Assembly: GCA_965248445.1 (NCBI GenBank)
Contig: CBDFJG010000001.1
Span: forward strand, 576,001 to 640,000
Length of the DNA stretch: 64,000 bases
DNA from: Planctomycetota bacterium
GTDB taxonomy: Bacteria > Planctomycetota > JAJSAM01 > JAJVHW01
Reading direction: 5' to 3'
Within the stretch, counting starts at the first letter, position 1, and every line of letters begins with the position of its first letter. Below the pieces are notes generated by a model. It saw only the letters and a list, made by a program, of their open reading frames with translations, was not told the origin of the DNA and searched no databases. The translations under genes and the position numbers were made by a program. Shown piece after piece: positions 1 through 9,869 of the stretch.

Positions 1-87
1 GACACTCTGGATCTCCTGCTCGGCATGGGCGGTCTCCTTGGAGAGTCGAATCTGCGGCGTGCGGTCCGCCGAAGCAAGGAAGGGTTC

Positions 88-2250
88 ATGCACCAACGCC
101 ACCTAAAGAGAGTAGGGCAACGTCTCGGGAAGTATCAGCTTCGCAAATTAATCGGGGCGGGTAGCACGGGGGCGATTTACAGAGCTTATGACGAGTCGCT
201 TAGCCGAGAGGTCGCGATCAAAATATTGCTCAACGAGCGTGCGGAGAATAAGCTATACTTGGAACGCTTTCGATCCGAAGCCAAAGCGGCCGGCCAGCTT
301 AGGGACCAGCATGTCGTTGCGGTCTATGAACTCGGAGAAGATCGCGACACACATTTCATTGCGATGGAATTGGTCGATGGCGGGAGTGTCGCTGACGAAC
401 TCAAAAAGCGGGGCGCATTCCCGGTCACCGAAGCCACCCACATCACGGCAGATGCCTGCCGCGGCTTGAGTGCCGCTCATCAGCTTCGACTGGTGCATCG
501 CGACATTAAACCGGAAAACCTTCTGAGAACGAAGAACCAGCTAGTAAAGATTGCGGACTTTGGCCTGTCAAAGGGCGATTTCCGGAAGCACAACCAACTC
601 ACGATGACCGGCGAAATTCTCGGCACACCTTACTTCATGAGCCCGGAGCAATGCGAAGGTGCACCGGTAGACGAGCGAAGCGACATTTATTCGCTTGGGG
701 CGACATACTACATGCTGCTCACGGGAGCTTACCCCTATTCCGAAGCAACGACAATAATGCAAGTCATGCATTTGCATTGTTCGGACAAGGAGCTCGATCC
801 CTGTCTTGTCCACGCGAAACTTCCTGATCAATGCTCTGCAATCGTAAAAAGGGCGACTGCAAGGAGTCCGGACGACCGATACCAAACGGTCGATGACATG
901 CTTGTCGATCTCGAGGAGCTTCTAGCCGATCAGGACCGGATCTCCCAAAACACAAAGAAACGTGGAGAGACCAAGAGGAAGCGACAAGTTGTGATGGTAT
1001 CGATCATTGTGGCCGTGGTGGTTGCCGGCGCCACCTTGCTCATGTTGAATGCGAATAGAACAACAGGAGAGGCAAGGCATGGCGAACGTTCTCCAGCCAG
1101 CCGCCGATTTTCCGGTGCGCTGTCACAAGGAGTCACCGCGGACACCGTTACCTTTGGCACGACGACGGCCTACTCCGGCACCGCCGGTGATCTTGGCCGC
1201 AACATAGTATACGGGATCAGAGCTTGTTTCAAGGCAGTTAATAAACAGGGAGGAATACACGGGCGGAAGCTGGAGCTTGTTGTGCTCGACGACGGATACG
1301 AGCCAGTTAGAGCATTGAACAATATACGGATACTCTTTGAAGAGAAACAAATATTTGCAACGATCGGCAATGTTGGAACGCCGACGGCAAAGGCGATCCT
1401 CCCCTACACTATTGAGAATCGCTACCTGTTGTTCGCGCCATTCTCCGGTGCCAAGCTACTTCGGCGGGACCCACCGGACCGATACGTTTTTAATTTTCGC
1501 GCGAGCTACACCGAGGAGATTGCCGCCATGATGCAATACCTCGTCGAATTGCGTAAGATTGATCCGCAAAAAATCGCGGTCTTTGTCCAGGACGATTCGT
1601 TTGGAGACAGTGGTTTTGATGCGGTCGTTCAAGCATTGAGCGAGCATGAAATTGAGGGGAAGGATGTATTGCGGGTTAAGTATCGACGCAACAGTGTCGA
1701 GGTGGAAGATGCCGTGAAGGAGATCGTGCGCGAAATTGAGAACGTCGATGCTATCGTCATGATTTCGACGTATGAGCCAACTGCCAAATTTGTCAGATCG
1801 GTCAAAGACAAGAGTAAGAAAGAAATACATTTCGCAGCGGTGTCGTTTGTTGGCAGTCGCGGCTTGGCCGAAGAATTTCGCGAGATGGGCGCACGCTCAC
1901 GCTATGGTGAGGGCGTCATTGTTACCCAGGTCGTGCCGCACTATGATGCGAAGGCTAAGGGGGTGAATCGCTATCGACAGTTACTGCGGGAACATTGCCC
2001 AGAAGCGCGGCCAAGTTTTGCTTCGTTGGAGGGTTTTATTGCAGCGGAGTGCCTTGTCAAAGGATTGGAAGCCGTGGGGCCGAACCTGACTACGGAACGT
2101 CTTGTCGATGCGCTTGAGAACATCAAGGATTTGGATCTCGGAGTGGGGCCGCTCCTCAGCTTTGGACGATTTCGGCATCAGGCTTCAATGAAGATCTGGG
2201 GGACAATTCTAGACGACGAAGGCAACTACAAGAGTCTGAAGCTTGAATAA
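88..2250 (+). CDS. Hanks-type Ser/Thr protein kinase with a TM helix and a C-terminal periplasmic binding (Liv/PBP1-like) sensor domain
   Basis: Motifs IGAGSTG, VAIK, HRDIKPEN, DFG and GTPYFMSPEQ. Hydrophobic VVMVSIIVAVVVAGATLLML segment, then GGIHGRKLELVVLDDGYEP typical of branched-chain amino acid binding proteins. ATG at 88 follows AAGGAAGG; the ORF is open from 25. Confidence 0.9.
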   Translation: MHQRHLKRVGQRLGKYQLRKLIGAGSTGAIYRAYDESLSREVAIKILLNERAENKLYLERFRSEAKAAGQLRDQHVVAVYELGEDRDTHFIAMELVDGGSVADELKKRGAFPVTEATHITADACRGLSAAHQLRLVHRDIKPENLLRTKNQLVKIADFGLSKGDFRKHNQLTMTGEILGTPYFMSPEQCEGAPVDERSDIYSLGATYYMLLTGAYPYSEATTIMQVMHLHCSDKELDPCLVHAKLPDQCSAIVKRATARSPDDRYQTVDDMLVDLEELLADQDRISQNTKKRGETKRKRQVVMVSIIVAVVVAGATLLMLNANRTTGEARHGERSPASRRFSGALSQGVTADTVTFGTTTAYSGTAGDLGRNIVYGIRACFKAVNKQGGIHGRKLELVVLDDGYEPVRALNNIRILFEEKQIFATIGNVGTPTAKAILPYTIENRYLLFAPFSGAKLLRRDPPDRYVFNFRASYTEEIAAMMQYLVELRKIDPQKIAVFVQDDSFGDSGFDAVVQALSEHEIEGKDVLRVKYRRNSVEVEDAVKEIVREIENVDAIVMISTYEPTAKFVRSVKDKSKKEIHFAAVSFVGSRGLAEEFREMGARSRYGEGVIVTQVVPHYDAKAKGVNRYRQLLREHCPEARPSFASLEGFIAAECLVKGLEAVGPNLTTERLVDALENIKDLDLGVGPLLSFGRFRHQASMKIWGTILDDEGNYKSLKLE

Positions 2251-2261
2251 CGCAAAAACCG

Positions 2262-2394
2262 AACTCATCGAACGCACGAGCTTCCCGACGAAGTCCGCGG
2301 GTTCGGCTTCGAGTTGCTCGCGGTCGCCGTGCGTCTTGTACTCGCGCACACCCCGCATCAGTGCCTGCGCGATGTCGAGTCCGGCCTCACCGAA
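2262..2394 (-). pseudogene. Internal fragment of an IS66-family transposase
   Basis: Manual translation FGEAGLDIAQALMRGVREYKTHGDREQL aligns with FGKQAVRLAQAVMRAQRHFGEHGDRDRM and FGKKGVEIAGAVMRVHRGFRGHGDRTRL of the IS66 transposases in this window. Confidence 0.65.
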
Positions 2395-2395
2395 G

Positions 2396-3090
2396 CATGC
2401 ATATCCGGTTAATGACCGCGCCCACTACATCTTGTGCTAGAAGGGCAGCGGGCTTGCAGGCTCGTCGGCGTAGACCTGTTCGTACGTGCGCGGCGGCGTC
2501 TTCGCCGCGATGCCGAGGACCGTCTGGAACGCTGCCTGCGGCGTGCGTCTCCTGTTGAACCGGAACGTGAACTCGTCGAGATACCGCTGCAGGTGCTTCT
2601 CCGAGACCCGGCCGTGGTGCGTGCCTACGAGCCAGGTCTTGAGGTTGGAGAAGACCAGGTGGTGCAGGTGCCTCAGGACGTCCGCCTGCGCCGCGCCCAT
2701 CATCGTGGACTCGATCCCGTGCTCGTAGCCGAGTTTCTCGACTGCGTCGTAGGTCTCGTGGCCGTCGGTCACGACGAGCGCCCCACGCTCGATGCTGTCC
2801 TTGACGAACGCCAGCAGGTGCGGCTTCGATGAGGCCGGCACGTGGCGCAGCCGGATGCGTCCGGGCTGTGTGCCTCTCTTCGTCGGACGCACCTCGACCG
2901 CGCCGACCACGACGGCCTTGTCTGCCGCGGTGCGCTCCTCTCGGCCTCGAAACGGCGCTCCGATCAGCGCCTCGTCGACCTCGACGACGCCGAACAACTG
3001 CGCGCGCTCCGGCGCGACCATCGCAGATCGCAGTTTCTGGAGCATCTGGTACGCGGTCTCGTAGCGGGTCAGACCGAGCTGTCGCTGGAG
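2396..3090 (-). mobile_element. Truncated IS1595-family element (3' part and right TIR only)
   Basis: Near-identical reverse complement of ~7319-8008. TIR CATGCATATCCGGTTAATGACCG at 2396. Transposase C-terminus ends at 2437. Homology stops abruptly at 3090. Confidence 0.9.
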
Positions 3091-4400
3091 CCAGGGTCGA
3101 GCGGAACCTGTTCAGCGGCCAGCGGTCCGACGACCCCGGCGTCGACATCGACGGGCCGAACGCCGTGGTGCAAAAGAACCGGTTCGTCTACGGCCTCGGC
3201 GTCGGCATCCAGGTCGATGCCGAGAACGGTGGAACGGCCACGGTCTGCAAGAATACGGTCGATTCGATGGCGGGCGACTCCTACATCCTGGTGGAGAACG
3301 CGGCGGGCCCCAGGGTCCTGAAGAACGTCTTCAAGAACGCTTACATTGGCGATAGCTACGACCACGTCATCGACCTCCAGTCCTGTGACGACGCCCTAGT
3401 CTCCGGCAACAAGATACTGACGATGAACTACTCCATCGAGAGGGGGATCAACGTCGCGGGCGAACGGGCGACGGTAACGAAGAACTGCATCGAGAACGTG
3501 AATGGCTACTACTACGACCTGTATTGCATCTACGTGCAGGGGAACGACGCCGCGATCAGCCGCAACAAGATCCGGATCTGCGGCGCCGGGGAGGAATCCG
3601 ACACGTATGCGATCTACGTTTCCGGGAACACAGCGAGCGTCACGCGAAACGCGATCAACGACATAGCTGGTGGCGGCGACGAGATCTTCGGGGTCTATAT
3701 CGACGGCGACGACGGCTCCATCGACGGCAACCGGATCAGCCACCTGAACGAAGAGTACACGTACGCCATCTACTACACCGGCCACAGGGCCCGGATCGTC
3801 AAGAACAGGATCGCGCACGTGATGGCTGACGGGGACATCTACGTCCGCGGCGATGACTTCCTGATCGAGAACAACACCGTCAGGGACGGAGCGTACTACT
3901 GCACCGGTATCTACACGCGCGGATCCGCCACGATGCTCGGGGCGGCGGTGATCCAGCGGAACTCACTGAGCTTTCTCGGGTCGGACGGCATCGACCACGG
4001 AGGCAACGGGGTGGTCATCCGCGACAACAAGCTGAACCACCTGGCGGGGTTCGGGGTGATTGCGGACGGAAACGACAACGTGCTGATCGGTAACAGTGTG
4101 TCGGGCACGTACACGGCCGCTTTCCACATCGATGGCAACGACAACAGCGTGACGGGTTGTGCCGCCAGGGACAGCGACGGAGACGGGTTCAGGATCCAGG
4201 GCAACAACAACACGCTGGAGAACTGCACGGCGTCCAACTGCGCCGCCGAGGGCCTCGACAACAGCGGCACCGACACCAGCGCGATGAACTGCCGGTTCAC
4301 CGGCTCCCGAATCGACTACGCCGGCAACAACAACATGATCGACGACACCGGAACGACGTTCGGGACCGGAAGTGCCGCGACCGCGCCCGAGATCAACTGA
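3091..4400 (+). pseudogene. 5'-truncated right-handed parallel beta-helix repeat protein
   Basis: Repeated IxxNxI / GIYVxG units. The frame starts at the IS1595 breakpoint with no start codon or signal peptide of its own. Confidence 0.75.
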
Positions 4401-4524
4401 CCTCGGGACCATCGAGATCGGGACACCCGCGCGGACGGGTCCTGCGGATACCGAGATGGGATGAGATCCCGTCTTCTCGACCAAGGTTCTTAGAGCGTTG
4501 TTGGCGCTGCCCGCCTCGCCTGCG

Positions 4525-6056
4525 GTACCCGTTCAGGGTATGACGATCCGCGGCCTCAGCGCGTGATCGGGAGCGCGACGAGAGCCGGCGGCGAGCGGTT
4601 GTGCGCGAGTGCCGCGCTGACGTCTGCGAGGTAATCGAAGACGCTCTCGCCACGCTGGCGGAGCGTGGCGGTGACGGTCAGGATGCGCTCGACGAAGCGG
4701 AGTCCGCGCTCGCTCTGACTTCCGTGCGTTGCGCGTCTCCACAGGACCGGCTTGCGCACCGCGCGCTCAGCGGCGTTGTTCGTCGGGGAGACGCCAGGGA
4801 CGTCGGCGAAGGTCCACAGAGCCTCCGCTCGGTCGAGCAGATGCCGAGTCGTTCCGCGTACTCGGCGGTGCTTGCTGTCTGCGCCGCGCACGAGCAGCGT
4901 CAGGAGTCGGTCCCATGTGAGACGCAGCTCACGCCGCATGCGGTCGCGGTCCCCGTGCTCGCCGAAGTGACGCTGAGCTCGCATGACAGCCTGGGCGAGA
5001 CGCACGGCCTGCTTGCCGAAGCGCCGGCCGCCGCGCGAGCCCTCGGCCAGCGCTCGAAAGTCCCTCTCGAGATGCGCCCAGCAGATCTGGCGGCGCTCGG
5101 TGGGATGCTGGTCGTAAGCGCCCATACGGTCGGTCACGAGGACGCCCCTGAAGCGCTTGCCCACGAGTCGCCGCATGGCCTTGGCGCTCCTGCGCCGATC
5201 GATACGATGGACCGTGGCGTGCTCACAGACCGCGCTCCACAGCCAATGCAGCGTGCCACGACGCGACCACGGTGTCTCGTCTACATAGGCGACGCTGCTC
5301 GTGCGTACGGCCCCGAGGGCCTCGATGTGCGCTGAGGAGATGGCTCCCGACACCCGCTCCTCGATCGCACTGACCGTGCCCGGTGACATCGAGACGCCGA
5401 TGACGTCACGCAACAGACGACTGGTCTCGCGCCGCGACAGGCGGAAGACGCCGACCAGAGCCGCGGTGAGCGCACAGAGTCGCGGGCCGAAGGGACTCGC
5501 CGTCACACCGCTTGGCAGCGAGGCAGTGGACGTGGCGCCACAGTCCGTGCACCGTGCCCGGTGCAACCGGTGCTCGGTCACCTGGATCAGCCGTGGCGGG
5601 ACCTCGAAGACCTGCTGGCGTGTCGGGGCGCGATCGATCGGGACGAGCACGTCGCTCCCACACGCGCTGCACTCGCGCGGGCGGTGGTCCTCTACGCCAT
5701 CGACCTCGGACTCGTCCACGAGCTTGCGCGTCGCCCCTTTGTGGCCGGGCTGCGCACCCTGGCGCTTGTCCGACGGCGGCTTGCGCCGCCGCCGCTTCTT
5801 GGACCACGACGGATCCGAGGACGGTGGGCGCGAGGAGGTGCGGGAGTCCCGGCGAAGACGGCTCTCGAGATCGTCGATCCGTGCCGCCTGCCGCTCGATC
5901 ACCTCCGCCTGCTCGGCAATCGTCTCGTCCCGAGCGTCCAGACGACGGGTCAGGCGCTCGACCAGATCACGCAGCTCATCGGTGCCCACATCCGATTCAT
6001 CGACCGAACGGAAAGCGATCTGGATCCGAGCTCAGAACCAAGGGCTGAACGGGTAC
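4525..6056 (-). mobile_element. IS66-family single-ORF (ISBst12-like) element, copy 1
   Basis: TIRs GTACCCGTTCAG / CTGAACGGGTAC. 8-bp target duplication CGCCTGCG at 4517-4524 and 6057-6064. Length 1532 bp. Confidence 0.95.
4556..5989 (-). CDS. IS66-family transposase
   Basis: N-terminal coiled coil, SSRPPSSD, GAQPGH, two CxxC pairs, DET, LVTD, QICWAHLER and TNNAAER motifs. Confidence 0.93.
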   Translation of the reverse strand: MGTDELRDLVERLTRRLDARDETIAEQAEVIERQAARIDDLESRLRRDSRTSSRPPSSDPSWSKKRRRRKPPSDKRQGAQPGHKGATRKLVDESEVDGVEDHRPRECSACGSDVLVPIDRAPTRQQVFEVPPRLIQVTEHRLHRARCTDCGATSTASLPSGVTASPFGPRLCALTAALVGVFRLSRRETSRLLRDVIGVSMSPGTVSAIEERVSGAISSAHIEALGAVRTSSVAYVDETPWSRRGTLHWLWSAVCEHATVHRIDRRRSAKAMRRLVGKRFRGVLVTDRMGAYDQHPTERRQICWAHLERDFRALAEGSRGGRRFGKQAVRLAQAVMRAQRHFGEHGDRDRMRRELRLTWDRLLTLLVRGADSKHRRVRGTTRHLLDRAEALWTFADVPGVSPTNNAAERAVRKPVLWRRATHGSQSERGLRFVERILTVTATLRQRGESVFDYLADVSAALAHNRSPPALVALPITR

Positions 6057-6967
6057 CGCCTGCGCGCGGGGACCGCGCTCGGCGGGCCGCGAGGACAGGT
6101 TGGGTGGTGCGACGCCTTCGCCTGTCGGCTCGGGCATGAATCCGGGGCGGCGGAGCGCGCGCGAGTTCGCTCGGAAGACTCGTGGCTCATGCGGGCACCT
6201 GCGTGGCCGACGTGGCCACGGGTGTGGGCCGGGGGACGAAGGGCTGTTTGTTTCGAGCCACCCAGTGGACGGCGACCAGGAGCTTTCGCATGGACGCGAC
6301 GAGGGCGACCTTCGGGAGCTTGCCCTGGGACCGAAGCCGTTCGTAGAAGGCGCGCAGCCAGGGGTTCCTGCGCACCGCGGTCAGGACGGGCATCCACAGG
6401 GCCCTGCGCAGCCGGGCGTGCCCGATGCGGGTGATGGCGGCGCGTTGGCCCTGGTTGCGTCCGGACTGCTTGAGTGCCGGGACGACCCCGATGTATGACG
6501 CCAGCGCCTTGGCGTCGCGGAAACGAGTGATGTCGCCCAGCTCCGCGACGAGCCGCGCGGCGGTCTGTGGCCCGATGCCGTCGATGGTCGTGAGGAGCTT
6601 GCCGACCTCGTGGTGCTCCAGGGTTCCCCCGATCAGCTTCTCCAAGTCGCGAAGGCGCCGGCGCAGCAAGTCCAGATCCTCGCAGGCGTACCGGACCTGA
6701 GTGCGATAGGCCTCGGCGTGGTGGCGGCCCACGGACGACTTGGCTGCACGGACCAGGTCTTGGGCAAGCTGCCGCCCGACTCGGTGACGTCCGTCGTAAC
6801 GGAGCGCGGCGAGTCGCTTGACCGAGACACCCACAAAGGCCTGCGCGGTGGGATGGCGGTTGAGCAGCGCCGTGGCGAGTTCGCTGTCGAGGGTGCGGAC
6901 GTGGCGTGTGAACTCCGGGAAACCCAGGTCCACCAAGCGGTGAAGCCGGCGGACCCGGTCTCCAAAG

Positions 6968-8008
6968 CATGCATATCCGGTTGACGACCGTGACCCCAAG
7001 GGGTAGTGTCTCGGACGCATGCCGAAGCCGGGCTACCCTCGCAACATCGTGGAGTTCACGGAGCAGTTCGCGACGGAAGAGCAGTGCCTCGAGTACCTCG
7101 TGCAGTGTCGTTGGCCCGACGGGTTCCGCTGCCGCCGGTGCGGCGGCAAGAAGTACTGGCCCCGTCCAGATCGAAGAGCGATGCGGTGCGTGGGCTGCGA
7201 CCTGATCACGTCGGTCACCGCGGGCACAGTGCTGCATCGCAGCCGGCTGCCGCTGAAGTCCTGGATGTGGGCCGCGTACTTGATGACGACGGACAAGCGG
7301 GGCGTCTCTGCGCTCGCACTCCAGCGACAGCTCGGTCTGACCCGCTACGAGACCGCGTACCAGATGCTCCAGAAACTGCGATCTGCGATGGTCGCGCCGG
7401 AGCGCGCGCAGTTGTTCGGCGTCGTCGAGGTCGACGAGGCGCTGATCGGAGCGCCGTTTCGAGGCCGAGAGGAGCGCACCGCGGCAGACAAGGCCGTCGT
7501 GGTCGGCGCGGTCGAGGTGCGTCCGACGAAGAGAGGCACACAGCCCGGACGCATCCGGCTGCGCCACGTGCCGGCCTCATCGAAGCCGCACCTGCTGGCG
7601 TTCGTCAAGGACAGCATCGAGCGTGGGGCGCTCGTCGTGACCGACGGCCACGAGACCTACGACGCAGTCGAGAAACTCGGCTACGAGCACGGGATCGAGT
7701 CCACGATGATGGGCGCGGCGCAGGCGGACGTCCTGAGGCACCTGCACCTGGTCTTCTCCAACCTCAAGACCTGGCTCGTAGGCACGCACCACGGCCGGGT
7801 CTCGAAGAAGCACCTGCAGCGGTATCTCGACGAGTTCACGTTCCGGTTCAACAGGAGACGCACGCCGCAGGCAGCGTTCCAGACGGTCCTCGGCATCGCG
7901 GCGAAGACGCCGCCGCACGTACGAACAGGTCTACGCCGACGAGCCTGCAAGCCCGCTGCCCTTCTAGCACAAGATGTAGTGGGCGCGGTCATTAACCGGA
8001 TATGCATG
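6968..8008 (+). mobile_element. IS1595-family element, full length
   Basis: TIRs CATGCATATCCGGTTGACGACCG / CGGTCATTAACCGGATATGCATG. 8-bp duplication CTCCAAAG at 6960-6967 and 8009-8016 (6 bp if the TIR is drawn 1 bp longer). Confidence 0.93.
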
Positions 8009-8038
8009 CTCCAAAGTCCTGGACCACGCGATCCCTGA
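7019..8038 (+). CDS. IS1595-family transposase with a frameshifted extreme C-terminus
   Basis: Zinc ribbon CRRC...CVGC, VEVDE, VTDG and YLDEFTFRFNRR. A 2-bp deletion near 7915 relative to the partial copy makes the ORF run through the TIR. Confidence 0.9.
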   Translation: MPKPGYPRNIVEFTEQFATEEQCLEYLVQCRWPDGFRCRRCGGKKYWPRPDRRAMRCVGCDLITSVTAGTVLHRSRLPLKSWMWAAYLMTTDKRGVSALALQRQLGLTRYETAYQMLQKLRSAMVAPERAQLFGVVEVDEALIGAPFRGREERTAADKAVVVGAVEVRPTKRGTQPGRIRLRHVPASSKPHLLAFVKDSIERGALVVTDGHETYDAVEKLGYEHGIESTMMGAAQADVLRHLHLVFSNLKTWLVGTHHGRVSKKHLQRYLDEFTFRFNRRRTPQAAFQTVLGIAAKTPPHVRTGLRRRACKPAALLAQDVVGAVINRICMLQSPGPRDP

Positions 8039-8479
8039 GTCTGACGAGCTCGCGCAGTTCCTCGGTGCCGGAGTCGGGCAGCCGCGTGGGCTCCGGGCGT
8101 TTCTGGCGAGCGAACCGGGCGAGCCCGAGGGCGTCGATGGCATCGGTCTTGGTCCGCTGCAGGTCCTCGCCGGCGAAGCGGTGGGTCCGCAGCGGATTGA
8201 TCAGCACCATGGCGAAACCGCGCGAGAGAAGCTCCGCCGCCAAGTTGCGCCAGTAGTGCCCGGTCGCCTCCAAGGCCACGAGCACGTCTCGAGGGACGCC
8301 GAGCAACTCGAAGAGCTCCTCGTAGCCCTGTGCGTCCTCACCGAAGGCGGTGGGCCGCACCAGGATCTCTTCGTCCTCGTCCATCACCGCCACGACGTGC
8401 TTCTTCGAAGCGATGTCTATCCCCGCGTAGCGCATCGTGCACCTCCTGTCATGCGACGAGGAGGACCGGGAGCCTCGGA

Positions 8480-8665
8480 GCCGGCGACCGTACTCATCCT
8501 TGTTCATGCGAGGACGCGCGTCTGCGCGCCTCAGGATCCCGTCCGAGCGTGGGTCGCCGGTCGAGGGCGCCAATCTCATCTCCGAGGACTGCGCCTCGTG
8601 AAGGCCGCGGCGACCCTCTCCCGGCTCTCGTCGATCTCTGTCCACCGTAGGTCGCGGGCATGAGT
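8480..8665 (-). ncRNA. Bridge RNA of the IS621-like element (ends approximate)
   Basis: Two stem / internal loop / stem modules. Target loop carries CGGCCTTC and GATGAG; donor loop carries ACGGGATC and ACAAG. All four match the element's flanks or ends. Confidence 0.85.
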
Positions 8666-8760
8666 GGACGTCATACAAGAAGGCCGGTCCCTGCCTCGGT
8701 GTAACCCGTAGCGGTTTCCAGAGGCGCTGACGGGCTTGCGAGCCCGAGGAGGAACCGGCT

Positions 8761-9804
8761 ATGGCAAAGGCTACACGTTTCGTGATCGGGATGGACCTGG
8801 GCGACCGCGTGGTGCCTGTGTGTGTGCTGGACCGCAAGACGGGCGAGATCGTGGGCGAAGGGCGCGTCGCGACGACGCGTGCTCGCCTGACGGAGTTCCT
8901 CGGCGAGATCGAGCGCTCGAAGGTGGTGATGGAGAGCGGGACGCACTCGCCGTGGATCAGCCGCCTCGCCGAGGGTCTTGGTCACGACGTCATCGTGGCC
9001 GATGCGCGTCGGCTGCGCGCGGTGTGGGACTCGCCCAAGAAGAGTGACCGCCGCGACGCGCTGGTTCTGGCGCAACTGGGGGCCGGGCACCCAGGGCTCC
9101 TTCATCCGGTGTCTCACCGGAGCGAGCGCGCACAGACCCACATGGTCGTGCTCCGAGCGCGCGAGCGTGTGGTCGACGCGCGTACGAAGTTGGTCAATGC
9201 CGCGCGGGGCTCGGTGAAGTCGCTCGGGTACCGATTGCCCGCTTGCTCCGCTCCGAGCTTCCATCGCAAGGCACGCGAGGCGGTGCCGGAAACCCTCGTG
9301 GACGCCCTGGCCCCGTTGTTCGACGCGATCGCAGCGTTGACGGAGAGCATCGCGCGCTACGACCGCGAAGTCGAGCGTCTCGGCCGCGACGCGTATCCGG
9401 TGACACGACGCCTTCGCGAGGTACCCGGCTGCGGTCCCGTCACCGCGCTCGCCTACGTGCTCGTCGTCCACGACCCAGAGCGCTTCTCGCGCAATCGCGA
9501 CGTGGGCGCGTACGTCGGTCTCGTCCCGCGCCAGGACCAGTCGGGCAAGATCGATCGCCAACTCAGGATCACGAAGTGCGGCGACCGGATGCTCCGCCGG
9601 CTGCTCGTGCAGTGCGCGCACTACGTGCTCGGACCACACGGGCCCGACAGCGACCTGAGACGCTGGGGTCTGGAGCTGGCGCAACGGGGCGGGAAGAACG
9701 CGAAGAAACGGGCGACCGTCGCGGTCGCCCGCAAGCTCGCCGTGCTCTTCCACGCTCTGTGGATGAAGGACCGCGCGTACGAGCCGCTCGCTCGAGCGGC
9801 GTGA
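8761..9804 (+). CDS. IS110-family (IS1111 group) recombinase, intact
   Basis: GMDLG, MESG, KSDRRDA (DEDD), VPGCGP, GLVPRQDQSG and AVARKLA. RBS GAGGAGG upstream. Confidence 0.93.
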   Translation: MAKATRFVIGMDLGDRVVPVCVLDRKTGEIVGEGRVATTRARLTEFLGEIERSKVVMESGTHSPWISRLAEGLGHDVIVADARRLRAVWDSPKKSDRRDALVLAQLGAGHPGLLHPVSHRSERAQTHMVVLRARERVVDARTKLVNAARGSVKSLGYRLPACSAPSFHRKAREAVPETLVDALAPLFDAIAALTESIARYDREVERLGRDAYPVTRRLREVPGCGPVTALAYVLVVHDPERFSRNRDVGAYVGLVPRQDQSGKIDRQLRITKCGDRMLRRLLVQCAHYVLGPHGPDSDLRRWGLELAQRGGKNAKKRATVAVARKLAVLFHALWMKDRAYEPLARAA

Positions 9805-9869
9805 TGACCGACTGAACACCACGAACAACACGGGAGTCTGATCGACCGAGCAACGCGCCCACCCGGGCG

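Larger units (their letters stand above)
6187..8435 (-). pseudogene. IS110 recombinase (399 aa when reconstituted) split by IS1595
   Basis: N-terminal half MRYAGIDIAS...LEATG...KTDAIDA (DEDD) and C-terminal half IDGIG...QSG...RKLL rejoin in frame (VVQDFG-DRVRR) when 6960-8008 is removed. RBS AGGAGG upstream of ATG 8435. Confidence 0.92.
4464..8679 (-). mobile_element. IS110-family, IS621-like element, interrupted by IS66 and IS1595
   Basis: On the minus strand the left end begins CTTGTAT (8679-8673) and the right end finishes ACGGGATCT (4472-4464), with a CT core at both. Long 5' non-coding end. Both ends match guides in its own non-coding RNA. Confidence 0.85.

Noticed and set aside
2829..3090. 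N-terminus of the 523-aa ORF 2829-4400
   Set aside because: It is the antisense strand of the IS1595 fragment, fused by chance to the beta-helix remnant.
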